DNA from: Octopus bimaculoides
Lineage: Eukaryota
Length of the DNA stretch: 64,000 nucleotides
Direction of reading: 5' to 3'
Assembly (NCBI RefSeq): GCF_001194135.2
Contig: NC_068981.1
Span: 18,408,251-18,472,250, forward strand
Positions 1 through 13,394 of this stretch are shown one piece after another. The notes below the pieces were generated by a model. It did no database searches and was not told the DNA's origin. It was given only the letters and a program-made list of their open reading frames with translations. The translations under genes were made by a program, and so were the position numbers. Position 1 is the first letter of the stretch, and the number at the start of each line of letters is the position of its first letter.

Positions 1-420
1 TTTATGAGATGGCTGACCAATTCCCAAACATCAACGGAGATCTGTATTGTGACGATTGTCTACTCTACCTTCAAAATGTTTCTAACCAAAAATTACAAAA
101 GGTTAAAAATAGGTTGGTTAAATTTTTCCGAAACATGGGCTTAAGCATCGTTTCCAACGATGATATTACTAAAGCCAACTTTTTGGATAGTACCCTTAAC
201 TTACATAATGCTTCGTATTTCCCATACCATAAACTCTCAACTAATTTAAAATATATTAGCTCTTTCAGTAATCATCCAAAGGCTATTACAAGGAATTTAG
301 TTAGAAATATTTCACTTAGACTTTCTAGATTATCTGCCAATGTTGATACCTTCAACAATAAAACTGAATTTTATAACTCTGCCTTACTTAAAGCAGGCTA
401 TAAACAAAAATTACCTAATA

Positions 421-830
421 GGCGCAGGCATGGCTGTGTGGTAAGTAGCTTGCCTACCAACCACATGGTTCCGGGTTCAGTCCCATTGTGTGGCACCTTG
501 GGCAAGTATCTTTTACTATAGCTTCAGGCTGACCAAAGCCTTGTGGGTGGATTTTGTAGACGGAAACTGAAAGAAGTCCATCGTATATATGTATATATGT
601 ATGTGTGTGTATTTGTTTGTGTGTCTATGTTTGTCCCCCAACATCGCTTGACAACCGATGCTGGTGTGTTTATGTCCCTGTAACTTAGTGGTTCGGCAAA
701 AGAGAATGATAGAATAAGTACTAGGCTCACAAAGAATAAGTCCTGGGCTCGATTTCTTTGACAAAAGGCAGTGCTCCAGCATGGCCACAGTCAAATGACT
801 GAAACAAATAAAAGAGTAAAAGAGTAAAGA
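421..830 (+). mobile_element. tRNA-headed CORE-type SINE (family A) inserted in the PLE ORF
   Basis: A/B-box head TGGCTGTGTGGTAAG...GGTTCAGTCCC, CORE-like CCTTGGGCAAGT, internal microsatellite, and tail GCTCCAGCATGGCC.CAGTCAAATGACTGAAAC-(AAAGAGT)n. Confidence 0.85.
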
Positions 831-2027
831 GTATATTAATCCTATTGACATTAATTCTGCCTCTATTAATCAGGACATGAAAACACGTCGTACCGGTAAT
901 AGCAATATAAATTTTAGTTTGAATAACAACACTAAATTGAAAAATGTAATTTTGCAGCACAAGGGAAATAACCATTCTTTAAAACCCTTTTTAAATTATA
1001 AAAGTAAATATAGGACTTTTAAAGATAATTACCCTAATAACAAGGTATATCCTAGTAAAACTGTTTGGTTGATAATTCCATATGGTAAGCAGATCAAATC
1101 CAACTTCCCTGTGAAGTTATAGATAAGAATTTCCTCAAAAATTCAAGATACCATTCCATTATCAATTTACACCGAATTAGAATAGCATTTCCAAACACCA
1201 AAAACCTTTCACAAATGATCTCTTCGCATAATAATAAGTTGTTAAATACAAATCCACTTAATGAAAATAATAACATTGATATTACTGACACTAACCATTC
1301 TTTGAACAATAATAACAACAATATTAATATTTCTGATATTAATTTGAATCGCATTCGTTTGCTTAGCAGTAATTTTAAGACTTGAAACTCTGTTTATCAA
1401 TGTAAAATTACTTCCAATTCTGATGTCTTTTTTTTTACATAATTAGTTCTTCATCTCAGTTGTCCAAAAGAATATCTAACTATTACTCTACATTTAGTCA
1501 TATCAATACACACTACAATACTGGGCTTAGTAAATTAATTTGGTCTCTTAAGGAACATAATAAACAGTTTGATTTGGAATGGAATATTTTGTTTAAATCC
1601 TTTCCATATGATAAAAGTAAATCCTTTTGTCTGTTCTATAATGAAGAAGAGTATCTCATTCTGTTCTTGGAGAATTCTATTGTAAACATGTTTAAAGAAC
1701 ACATTTATCCCTACAAACATTGGCAAAAACATACCTTTAGTTCCTATAAGTAATTTCTACCAATCCATAAAATTTGACTTTTATCTGTCTTCTTACATTT
1801 TATTTCCACTACATATATCTATTTACATGCTTTTACCGCACTATATTTCTCCACTCTTAATTTTCTGTTAATTTCTTTCTTTCTCTTCCTTCTCTTTCTC
1901 TAAATTACCTTTGACGTTAAATCTATTAACAGTATTTAAAAAAAATAACTTTCCAGCGTTCCCTTCATCATATACATGGTAATCAGATTCAGTTAAAATG
2001 GCTTATTGAAGTGTTTTGTTTCTCTTT

Positions 2028-2115
2028 TTCCTCTGATGAGATGATTACATTGTTTTAATTCATTTTATTCCCTCAGGAATAATACCAATGTTTTCTTCGA
2101 AGCATATGTCGGAAG
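2028..2115 (+). ncRNA. Decayed minimal hammerhead ribozyme at the 3' end of the PLE
   Basis: ttcct-CTGATGA-g[long loop]c-GAAG-catat-GTC-ggaag. GAAA is mutated to GAAG, stem III is palindromic (catatg) and stem I is imperfect. Confidence 0.5.
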
Positions 2116-2197
2116 TATATAAAGATTTGAATAACACCTGCATTTAACTCCATTTCTTAATTTATACACATAATAAACACATTTTTACTGAATGCAT

Positions 2198-2276
2198 GGA
2201 AAAGCAACTCTTAAAAAAAACAACCTTTTAAAAGCGAACTTTTAAAAGGTTGTTTTTTTTTAAGAGTTGCTTTTCC
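2198..2276. repeat. Near-perfect hairpin, 37-bp stem with CGAA loop
   Basis: GGAAAAGCAACTCTT(A)8CAACCTTTTAAAAG-CGAA-CTTTTAAAAGGTTG(T)9AAGAGTTGCTTTTCC. Confidence 0.9.
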
Positions 2277-2494
2277 TTGGATTCGGTACTAAAATGCATT
2301 TATTTGGAAAGTCTAGTGTGTGGCATTATTCTGTAGTAATGCCCTTATATAAATATAAATAAATAAATATATTCTTGGGAATAAAAAATGATGGATTTTT
2401 TCCCTTATGAGTATTTTCATGCTAGCTTCTTGATAAAATTATTGTAAAAGATTTTATCCTATTATTGAATTAATTAAATATATATCTATCTATC

Positions 2495-2526
<32 letters not shown>

Positions 2527-3010
2527 GTATGTATGTATGTGTGTATGTATGTATGTATGTATGTGTGTATGTATGTATGTATGTATGTATGTATGCATGT
2601 ATGTATACTCATAGTGGCCAGATGGTTTGTCACTAGGTAGTAATCATGATGTCTCAGAGAGTGATACTCATGTTGTAGAAGCATTTATCATGTTAATCCA
2701 AGGACATACAAACGTTTCTTTGTGGTAACCTCATTTGGTATTCCATCTACTGAAAGCACAACGCTGACAGAAGACTGGTGATGTGGGGCATACCAAACTA
2801 GTAAGAAGGGTCAACTTCAAGTCAAAAACGTTTGAAACCTTGATCGGTGGTGGGGGGGACCTTTTATCCCACAAAATGACCAGATCAGTGCAGTGGAAGT
2901 TACGGCTTTCATCAGTTGGCTTTGCTTCGAACTGCAAATCTGCAGCAGGACTGGACAATCTTCTGAGGAAATGGAAATCATCTGTGAAGTTGGAACAATC
3001 ACAATAGTAA

Positions 3011-3048
<38 letters not shown>

Positions 3049-3739
3049 TAGAGGCATGTGCTGTAACAACATGTCACTGAATCCACCATTTGTTGGTGAC
3101 TCTCTATTCCTGGTTGATGACACCTTTTGCAGCCAGCACTCAGGGGACAACCTTCCTACCCATGGGTCTGTTTGGGTAGTCACTGCTGATGAGGATTTCG
3201 AATGGTCAGAGTGCAAACTTGAACTCTTTTAGTTGCCTTTTACAACAACATGCAGAAGAAATATTGGGCCTGTTCTTTGACATGCCAGTCCCCACCATAG
3301 CATTCAAGCAATCATATATTAGCGCTTGCATCTACTCTAATAGATTCTTCAGATTTAAATCTAAAATTTAAATCTGAAATCTTAAATTTTGTATGTATAT
3401 ATAAATATATATATATACATACATATACACACATCCATCATTGTTTTAATGCCTACTTTTCCATGTTTGCATGGGTCTGATGAGACTACACTAAGATGGA
3501 ATTTTCTATGGCCAGATGTCCCTCTTGATGCCAACCCCTACATGTTTCTAAGGAGAGGTGATGATAATTGTATCAAACATTGTACAGTCAGGACATGTTT
3601 TCACAGAGGGCATATGTGAAAACATCTCAAGAAGCCCAAATATGTTTTCATGGTGGACTTTGAACAGATTTGCCATTTGCATGAATGGTGGCGCAAAGAT
3701 GAGAGGAATATACACTTTGTCAACCATGCGTATGCACAT

Positions 3740-3779
<40 letters not shown>

Positions 3780-5739
3780 TGGCACTCCATTGGTTAGAGT
3801 GATGGGGGTTCCAGTTAATCCATTCAACAGAACAGCTTACTTGTGAAATTAGCATGCAAGTGGTTGAATACTCCACAGACATGCAGACCCTTAACATAGT
3901 TCTCAGGGAGATTCAACATGACACAGAATGTGACAAGGCTGGCCCTTTGAATTACAGGCTCAATTCATTTTTGCCAGCTGAGTGGACTGGAGCATCGGGA
4001 AATAAAGTGTCTTGCCGAAGGACACAATGCACTGCTGGGAATTGAACTTATGATGTTACAATTGTGAGCCGGATACCCCTAACCACTAAGCCATGTGCCT
4101 TCACACAGACACACATACATACAAACATGCATATGTAGGATGACAATGATGCTGATGTTGGTATATTCTTTCTCTTGGAGGAGAGACTTAACATTTACAA
4201 CCATATGTCTCTTCTCTTCCCAACACTCTCCCAAACATCTTTTTACTTTCCAGCCACACACCCATAACATACACCCATTCCAACACCTATCTTTAAGTTT
4301 GAATAGCTTTCAAAATGTGTACAAATGCAAGAAACTTCTGTAGTCTTTGGTAAAAAACAAAATAAAACCAACAAAAAAATAAAACAAACTAAATGTTGTC
4401 TGAACTGCTAACAATTCAACTTAAAGCAGGTAACGAATCTTAACCAAAGAACAGAATGGTTATAACAGAATCTCATATCATGAATATGGGATTGTAGTCT
4501 GGTACTGTAAATACTACATTTCTATTAAATACATTCTTAATATATACTTTCTCCTAGGTTATGAATGACATTTTATAATTTGGTCCACATGAAAATGATA
4601 TTAACATAAGTATATTTGTGAATTAACACTTTATATCTATTACCATTAGCTTTCAAAAAACGACTCTTTCAATGTATTGAATGATATAATGTTGACGTCA
4701 TATGAACTTTATAAACTTTCGACAGAAGTCTTTCAAGGAATATTTTGAAGTGTGCACATAATGCTATGAATAATAGCATGTAACACTGGTGGTGTGCTGT
4801 GTAGAAAACACTGGTGCTATGCCACATAGAAAGCACCGTGTACACTCTGTAAAGGGGTTGGTTTTAGGAATGGCATCCAGTTGCAGAAGCCATGCCAAAA
4901 TAGATATTGGAACCTCATGCGGCTCCTGGCCTTTCCAGGATCTGTCAAGCCATCAACTTATGCCAGCATGGAAAACATATGTTAAATGATGATGATGATG
5001 ATGGAATATTGTGTTAAAAAACAATTTTGGATAAGAAAAATCAAAGGCAGCCTGTGGGATTTTAACCCACATCTCCTGCAGATAAGACATGAATGCTACC
5101 ACTGGATCAAAGCAATCCTTTGAATTTTTTAAAATACATTTTGGAGGCTTGATTCCTATCAGGAAGACTCGTACATTGTTGACGTTGTAAGAATTTTATA
5201 AACTTTCAAGAAAACATTAAATAATTCTTTTTTGGAATATCTTGAAGCACACATATAAATAATAACATAAAAATACTGGACTGAAAAACCCTTTTGAATA
5301 AAAATATTTACATTCTATTATTTATAGCTTCATGTGCATGTTTTGAAATATTTCCAAAAAGAATTCTTTAATGTTCTCTTGAAAATTTATAAAATTCTTA
5401 TGATGTCAACAAAACACAAATTTTGTTAGTATGAATGAAGTTTCTAAAAAGGAATTGAGAAATTGAAAGGGTCGTTTTGGTCAAATGGTAAAACGCCTAC
5501 AAGAGATGTGGGTTTGAGTCCCATGAGCAAGCCTTTGACTTGTTCTATCCGAAAGGGGTTTTTCAATCCCATACTGAAATCCCATGTTAAAAAGCACCCA
5601 GTACACCTTGTAAAGAGGTTGGCATTAGGAAGAGCATCCAGCTGTAGAAACCATGCCAAAACAGACAATTGGAGTCTGAGCAGCTCTCTGGTTGGCCAGC
5701 TCCATCCAACCCATGCCAGCATGGAAAGCAGACGTGAAA

Positions 5740-6290
5740 CATCATCATCACCATCATTTAACGTCCGTTTTCCATGCTAGCATGGGTTGGACGATTTGAC
5801 TGGGGACTGGTGAACCAGATGGCTACACCAGACTCCAATCTGATTTGGCAGAGTTCCTACAACTGGATGCCCTTCCTAATGCCAACCACTCCGAGAGCGT
5901 AGTGGGTGCTTTTTATGTGCCACCGACACGAGGCCAGTCTGGCAGGATTGGCAACGACCACGCTCAAATGGTGTTTTTTACGTGCCACTTGCACAGGAGT
6001 CAGTCCAATGTTTTGTTCACATGTCACTGGCACAAGTGCCAGTAAGGTGAAGCTGGAAATGATCGCGCTCAAATGGTGCTTTTTACCGGCACAGAAGTGA
6101 GACCGCTGCTCTGGCAGTGATCCTGCTCAGATGGTGCTGTTAGCACTCCACTGGCACGGCTGCCAATCATTGAATTTGGTTCAGTTTCGATCTCACTTGC
6201 CCCAACAGGTCTTTGCAAGCTGAGTTTAGTGTCCAATGAAGGAAGGTCGGCATGGGTGCCATGATGATGATGATGATGATGATGATATTT
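5740..6290 (-). mobile_element. Repeat family C (RTE 3' UTR-derived) copy
   Basis: (CAT)n-TTTAACGTCCG...CTGGATGCCCTTCCTAATGCCAACCAC plus internal tandem units. Older + strand copies lie at about 4810-5000 and 5570-5735. Confidence 0.8.
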
Positions 6291-9204
6291 ACATGTTATT
6301 ATTTAGATCTTTATGTAAATGTTGTGAGATATTCCAAAGGAAGAATGATATAATGCTAAATGTACGTTTAACATAATATTATTACAATAAAAATGTCATA
6401 TCACACATTTTTACTGGATACTATTTTAGCTTCATTTAAGGTAATTTTATCAAACTAAGAACTTGCCACCAGATATTGCACTTTAACAATTATTGTATTT
6501 GACAGCATATAATACGCACTTTCTTCCCAAAAGAATGTCTCAAAAAAGAACAAAATACAAACAAATAACCCCAAGTCCTATATCTGAAGTTGTGTTTCCC
6601 ATAAACTAATTTTATCCCTGATATTAAAATATGTTAAACGATGATGATGATGATATTAAATTTGTACTGCTGAAAATGGATGCATTTAATATGTACATAC
6701 ATATTTTATGCTTTCAGATATGGAAATTATAATCTTCATTTTTGTCTATAAGTACATGTTTATTGTCCTATTAACAGTGTGGTGTCTGTATTGTTCTATC
6801 CATAGTGTGTCTGTGCGTGAAAGTATGGTATTTATTTTTTGGGAAAAATATTTCTTTGCTAAGATCTAGTGAATGCCTTGATTCTCCACAGAAAGACACT
6901 AACAGAGTGAATGAAAGTTTTCCAACATCAGACACATTTATTTGTAAGAACAAATGAAATACCAGAAATATACCACAAAATTGTCGTTATGACCATGATC
7001 ACAGTCATTATCATTTAACATTCATTTTCCCACATTGGTATGAGTTGAACAGGTTGACAAGAGGGCTGCACCAGGCTCCATTCATCTGTTTTGGCATAGT
7101 TTCTATGGCTGGATGCCCCTTCCTAATGCCAGTCACTTTACAGAGTCTACTGAGTGCCACTTAGGTGGCTCTGTCATGGGTACTTTTTAATGTAGTGCCA
7201 CCATGAATACTTTTAATGTGGTGCTGGCATGGGTGCTCTTTACATTGTGCCAGCACGAGTTCTTTTTATATGGAGGCAGCAGGGGTGCTTTCTTATGTGG
7301 TGTTGGTACGGATACTTTTTATGTTGTACCAGTACCCACAGGATCAGCCATGATTTTACTTAGCATGACTGACCTTGCGGATACTGGTACCACATAAAAA
7401 GCACCTGTGAAAACCATGCAACCTAGGTACACACTTAGTTATAGACAGGCATTCTTCAGAGTTTGGTAGTTCTCAGTCCCATCCTGTTTACTATAGCCAT
7501 GGCTGAAACAGAGGAGTCAAAGGCTTGTTATCCAATGGGATTACCCATGTGTTGTTGTCTTAGTTCTTACAGCTGAATCCCTCGTAAATAAGAGAAGAAA
7601 TTTGAGACATGGAAGCAGAGGCTAAAATCAAGAGGCCTTGATCCTAGAGACCTCAAAGTCAATTCAGTCAAGACAGAACTTTAAGTATCCTGGAATAATT
7701 AACAGAACTCTTCTGCAATCAAGGAGGAGGCCATGCTCAATATACAGAAGAGGAGTAGGTATACTCTGTAATACGATTTAAATGAAACATTGCAGTATTG
7801 TGATTATCGTCATCGTCATCACCATCATCATCACCACCACCACCACCACCACCACCACCACNNNNNNNNNNAAAATATACTTTTTGAAATGCTAATAGAT
7901 ATAATTGATAGTTTCTTTTTTTTTTTTTAATCTAGGTTGGCTAATTAGCAGTGATTGTGGCTCTTTATGTAGGGGGCTCTGAAAGGTGTCTTAAGGAGTA
8001 GCGTCCCTGCTTTCCTGAGCTAGTTTTCTACCACATTTCTTAAAAATTATGGTAGAGGCCTTGGTCTTGGGACCACTCATGTCTAGATACTGAGAAAATC
8101 CAGCTCCAAAAAAAGCCTCATGATAGCAAAGGAGAATGGGCACAAGCCAGCCCAAAGGTTTGAATGGGCTGCACCTACATACCTCAGTTGCTTTGGCATT
8201 GGGGTAGATCTGGCCACCCTCGTTAACAGGGACAAAACCCGGATTTAAAATACTGGATGACGATGATGATGATGTGGCTCTTTAGAAAGCATAACAACCA
8301 GAATGAGAAGAAGATGGAAAATGTTTAGGGAGAGTATTACCTCTGCTAGCAGCAAAATCTTTCTTTCTTTGAATGAAGGGAAGATTGTATGATATTTGTG
8401 TAAGGTGTGTGATGTGATATGATAGGAAAACATGGGTACTGAATAATGAGGAAGTGTGAAGGTTAGAAAGGAAAAAGCAGACATTCTTTGTTGGATGTTA
8501 GCGAGCATGATGTATGAAAGAAAAACTGGGTTTAAGGAGAAACAGGTGTAATGTGCAAGAGAGAAAACTGCACAGGTGACATTTGGGTCAAGGAGTGCCA
8601 AATAAGAGAGGGAAAACTATAAAAGACATAAGAAGAGGTGGTGAAGGTTTGTCTTGGGAGGCTGAAGCTTACAACAGAGATGCCAAAAGACCACAAAATT
8701 CGACAAGAAGATGTACTGGAGAAAATCTATTAAGCCCATACATAAAAGAGAAAAACGAATTTAGAAACGATGTTGGTAGTGGTGGTAGTGGCAGATGGTG
8801 GTGGTGGTGGTGATGATGATGATGATGATGATGATGATGGCGATTCACAGATAATTCAGTTTAGTTTATTTATTTGATTGTATTTATTCAGAGCCTACAA
8901 ATAGTAAAAGTGGAAATTAAATGTTGCTTTAAGAACACAAGCTGTTCAGCATCAATGAATTATTGATGCATGTAGAAACTGCACAAAGTTTTGGTTCTGG
9001 CACAGTTGGAACATTGTCACAATGTTGTAGTTCATATATATATATAACATTTTAATGGTACTTAGCCACTAAGTCTGTATGCACTGTCAGATTTCACCTT
9101 TATGTAAGCACAACTTCAAAAACCCTAACCCTTACCCTATATTCACCACACGCATACATGTGAGTATATACACAGACAAGAACCATGTGGTAAGGAAGTG
9201 AACC

Positions 9205-9650
9205 TTTTACCAGGTCTGCACCACACACACACACACATACTCACACACACATGCACACACACACACACACACACACGTGCGTGCATGCACATGCACGCAC
9301 ACACACATGCTTGTGCACATACATGCTCACACACATACACACACTCACACACACATGTGTGCATGCACACACACACACACATGGATGCATGCGCACACAC
9401 ACATGCATGTATACACACACACATGCGCACACACACACACTCACACACACATGTGTCCATGCACACACGCACACATATACATACACACATGTACATACAC
9501 ACAAACCCACCCACACAACCGCACACGCACACACATGTGCATGTGCTCACATACACACACATACACGCATGCACACATGCAAGAACACACACGATGTACA
9601 TACACACACATGCACGCACACACAGATGCACACATACACACACAGACGTG

Positions 9651-9688
<38 letters not shown>

Positions 9689-9690
9689 GA
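9205..9690. repeat. Degenerate (CA)n compound microsatellite
   Basis: Direct reading. Similar tracts lie at about 21760-22075, 39690-39950, 53615-54170, 55880-56680 and 62130-63030. Confidence 0.9.
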
Positions 9691-10383
9691 CTGCAGCCAT
9701 GCTGGGGGGGTCACTACCTTGAAGAATTTTAGTCACATGAATTGTCCCCAGTACTTATCATTCTTTTGTTTTTTTAAGCCTGGTACTTATTCTATTTGAT
9801 CCCCTTTGCTGAAGCGCTAAGTTACAGGGATGTAAACACACCAACACCAGTTATCAAGTGATAATGAGGAACAAACACAGACACAAAGACACATAGAAAC
9901 ACCCACGCTCACACACACACATACACACCCACTCACACACCCACACACACACATATGCAATGGACTTCTTTCAGTTTCTGTCTACCAAATCCAATCATAA
10001 GGCTTTGGTGTGCCTGGGGCTATAATAGAAGACACATTTTCAAGGTGCCACACAGCAGGACTGAACCCAGGACCATGTACTTGGGAAGCAAACTTCTTAC
10101 CACAGCCACACCTGTACCATACATACACACATGCATACATACATACATACATACATACACACATACATACATACATACATACATACATAGAACCAATTAA
10201 AATCAAAAGGATGGCTTATTAGCAATTAGAACCCAAAAGCAAAATCAATAGAGGTCGCAAAAGTAATGAAAGGTGATGACTAGCAGCACTTATGCTGAAA
10301 TCAGGGTTACATTCACTCTTATTTTAGCGTAAGTGGTGCTGGCCGGCAACCCCTGTCACTTTTGGGACCTCTATTAATTTTGC

Positions 10384-10457
<74 letters not shown>

Positions 10458-11395
10458 TCATAATCATCATCAACATCAGCATCATCATCATCGTCATTCA
10501 ACGCCCGCTTTCCATGCTGGCATGGGTTTGACGGTTTGACTGAGGACTGGTGAGCGAGATGGCTGCATCAGACTCAGTCTGATCTGGCAAAGTTTCTACA
10601 GCTGGATGCCCTTCCTAATGCCAATCCATGGTCACTATATTCTGAGGCAGATTGGAGGGCAATTTCTAATTCATATATTTCAGTTTTATCATTGTCTTTA
10701 TAGCTGTGCTCATTTTACTTCCTATCATCACTTGAGGGTTGCTATGTCCTTGGCAAAATTCAAGAGTCTTCTCTATGTTACACTATCTCCATTTGTCTGC
10801 CAAACATTTCACAGAGTGTGATGTGCATTTTGCCATGACATTGACTCTTAAAAGGTTCTTGTCCCTCAAGTGATTATCAAGTCTTCTCTGTACTGTTTTG
10901 ATCTGTTTCCATTTTCTCAAGGGAAATGTGACTAAAGGGGTGAATAGAGATTGAGGAGCAGAAAACTGAATGAAGAGAGTATTGGCATGAATGTGATGGG
11001 AAAACAGGGTGATGACAATGAGAGCATGTTAAAGGTGGGAGTAATGAGAGAGAGACAGTAATAGGCAGCTACATGTTGTTTGTTGATAAGGGGATTGAAT
11101 AGAAAGACATCATAGTGTAATGGGAAAAAGAGAGATAGGTGGAAAAAAGTCAAATTATGGAATGAGAAATATGTCAGAATGGATTGTTATAAGAGAGGAT
11201 AATGTGTGTGTGTGTAAGAAAAATGAATTTTGTTAAGTGTGTGGTAGATGTCTATGGGCCTTCACACTGTGGAGTGACACAGTGACAGCCAGCAGTAAAG
11301 AAGACTGATGTTATGGGTATTAAGTATGGCAAGACCTATAGCCATTTCTTGCTACACATGAATTGTACATACATACATACACACACACATGCAAT

Positions 11396-11428
<33 letters not shown>

Positions 11429-11629
11429 TCACAATTATATAAATATATGCATAAGTATGTATATGTTTATTAAATATTTTACCACGTCTGTTGTGTATCC
11501 TTTTCCCCATCTCCCATCATTTTATATTGCTTTGATTGTCCACCTTCTACCATATGTATTGTAATGTTTGACATTTATTGTATTCTATGTGTGAGCCTTT
11601 TGTGGCTAGTAAACAAACTATTATTATTA

Positions 11630-11676
<47 letters not shown>

Positions 11677-11690
11677 ACTATTATTACTAT

Positions 11691-12669
11691 NNNNNNNNNN
11701 NNNNNNNNNNNNNNNNNNNNNNNNNNNNNNNNNNNNNNNNNNNNNNNNNNNNNNNNNNNNNNNNNNNNNNNNNNNNNNNNNNNNNNNNNNNNNNNNNNNN
11801 NNNNNNNNNNNNNNNNNNNNNNNNNNNNNNNNNNNNNNNNNNNNNNNNNNNNNNNNNNNNNNNNNNNNNNNNNNNNNNNNNNNNNNNNNNNNNNNNNNNN
11901 NNNNNNNNNNNNNNNNNNNNNNNNNNNNNNNNNNNNNNNNNNNNNNNNNNNNNNNNNNNNNNNNNNNNNNNNNNNNNNNNNNNNNNNNNNNNNNNNNNNN
12001 NNNNNNNNNNNNNNNNNNNNNNNNNNNNNNNNNNNNNNNNNNNNNNNNNNNNNNNNNNNNNNNNNNNNNNNNNNNNNNNNNNNNNNNNNNNNNNNNNNNN
12101 NNNNNNNNNNNNNNNNNNNNNNNNNNNNNNNNNNNNNNNNNNNNNNNNNNNNNNNNNNNNNNNNNNNNNNNNNNNNNNNNNNNNNNNNNNNNNNNNNNNN
12201 NNNNNNNNNNNNNNNNNNNNNNNNNNNNNNNNNNNNNNNNNNNNNNNNNNNNNNNNNNNNNNNNNNNNNNNNNNNNNNNNNNNNNNNNNNNNNNNNNNNN
12301 NNNNNNNNNNNNNNNNNNNNNNNNNNNNNNNNNNNNNNNNNNNNNNNNNNNNNNNNNNNNNNNNNNNNNNNNNNNNNNNNNNNNNNNNNNNNNNNNNNNN
12401 NNNNNNNNNNNNNNNNNNNNNNNNNNNNNNNNNNNNNNNNNNNNNNNNNNNNNNNNNNNNNNNNNNNNNNNNNNNNNNNNNNNNNNNNNNNNNNNNNNNN
12501 NNNNNNNNNNNNNNNNNNNNNNNNNNNNNNNNNNNNNNNNNNNNNNNNNNNNNNNNNNNNNNNNNNNNNNNNNNNNNNNNNNNNNNNNNNNNNNNNNNNN
12601 NNNNNNNNNNNNNNNNNNNNNNNNNNNNNNNNNNNNNNNNNNNNNNNNNNNNNNNNNNNNNNNNNNNNN
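11691..12669. other. Largest assembly gap (others at about 17344, 20409, 23607, 25186, 34367, 40176, 41731, 43424, 47381, 51784 and 55973)
   Basis: N runs, almost all bounded by microsatellites. Confidence 0.95.
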
Positions 12670-12684
12670 ATATATATATATATG

Positions 12685-13285
12685 AAGACACGTGTGTGAA
12701 AAAGTGTCACACCCTAACAGTGGAGGGAACCTGTGGAAGAGGTAGACCCAGGAGAACTTGGGATGAGGTGGTGAAGCATGACCTTCAAGCATTGGGCCTC
12801 ACAGAGGCGATGACGAGTGACTGAGACCTCTGGAGATATGCTGTGCTTGAGAAGACCTGGCAAGCCCTAGTGAGAGTATAACCGTGGCCTATGCCAGTGT
12901 AGCATAACTGGCCCATTTAAGAGTACCCTTGAATCATTGGGCAATAAACTGTGTTTGCGAATACCTGTTGAGTCAAGTGAAGTCATTGTAATGGCCTATG
13001 CCAGTACTGCCTAACTGGTACCTGTGCTGGTGGCATATAAAAGGCACCATTCGAGCGTGGTCATTGCCAGTGCCACCTGACTGGCTCCTGTGCCGGTGGC
13101 ATGTAGAAAGCACCCACTACACTCTCAGAGCAGTTGGCGTTAGGAAAGACATCCAGCTGTAGAAACTTTGCCAGGTCAGATTGGAGCCTGGTACAGCCTT
13201 CTGGATTGCCAGTCCTCAGTCAAACTGTCCAACCCATGCCAGCATGGAAAGCAGACGTTAAATGATGATGCTGATGATGATGATA
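12685..13285 (+). mobile_element. 5'-truncated copy of the RTE LINE (ORF end, 3' UTR and tail)
   Basis: Starts with TVEGTCGRGRPRRTWDEVVKHDL coding remnant, continues into the tandem unit and GGCGTTAGGAAAGACATCCAGCTGTAGAAAC block, and ends in (GAT)n. Confidence 0.85.
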
Positions 13286-13394
13286 TTTATAAACAAGCCC
13301 AGAGGCTTGATAATTTACAGAGAAATAGCGGTGTTGGTGTTGTTTTGTTATTCATTCAGCAGATGTCAAGGATGGGTAGTACATTCTTTTACTC

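Larger units (their letters stand above)
1..2120 (+). mobile_element. Decayed Penelope-like element (Naiad-like): 3' half of RT, linker, GIY-YIG endonuclease and 3' terminal region; interrupted by a SINE at about 421-830
   Basis: YCDDCL (YRDD equivalent), FLDSTLNL, YISSFSNHPKAI, ISLRLSRLS...FN...Y..AL..AGY at 9-420. VWLIIPY...KSN and IDKNF...SHNNKLL at about 1060-1245. SVYQCKITS...YII...KR..NY..TF and TGLSKLIWSLK...EWNI...Y...FCLF at about 1385-1680. Frameshifts and stops are present. Confidence 0.85.

Noticed and set aside
421-500. tRNA-like sequences at the heads of families A and B
   Set aside because: SINE heads continuing into CORE-type or other SINE bodies; no complete cloverleaf.
3181-3213. 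CACTG-CTGATGA-GGATTTC-GAAT-GGTC-AGAGTG hammerhead-like string
   Set aside because: GAAA is broken and stems II and III do not pair convincingly; it lies within an apparent LINE 3' remnant.
9121-9138. Telomere-like CCCTAA units (also at about 58412-58428)
   Set aside because: Only two or three imperfect units; compatible with chance in CA-rich DNA.
9143-9799. Long His/Thr- or Val/Cys-rich ORFs (also at 21.6-22.2, 53.4-54.2, 55.9-56.7, 62-63.7 kb)
   Set aside because: Translations of (CA)n/(TG)n microsatellites, open in several frames on both strands.
11547-12792. 300-400 aa ORFs spanning N runs (all X-containing ORFs)
   Set aside because: Artefacts of assembly gaps.
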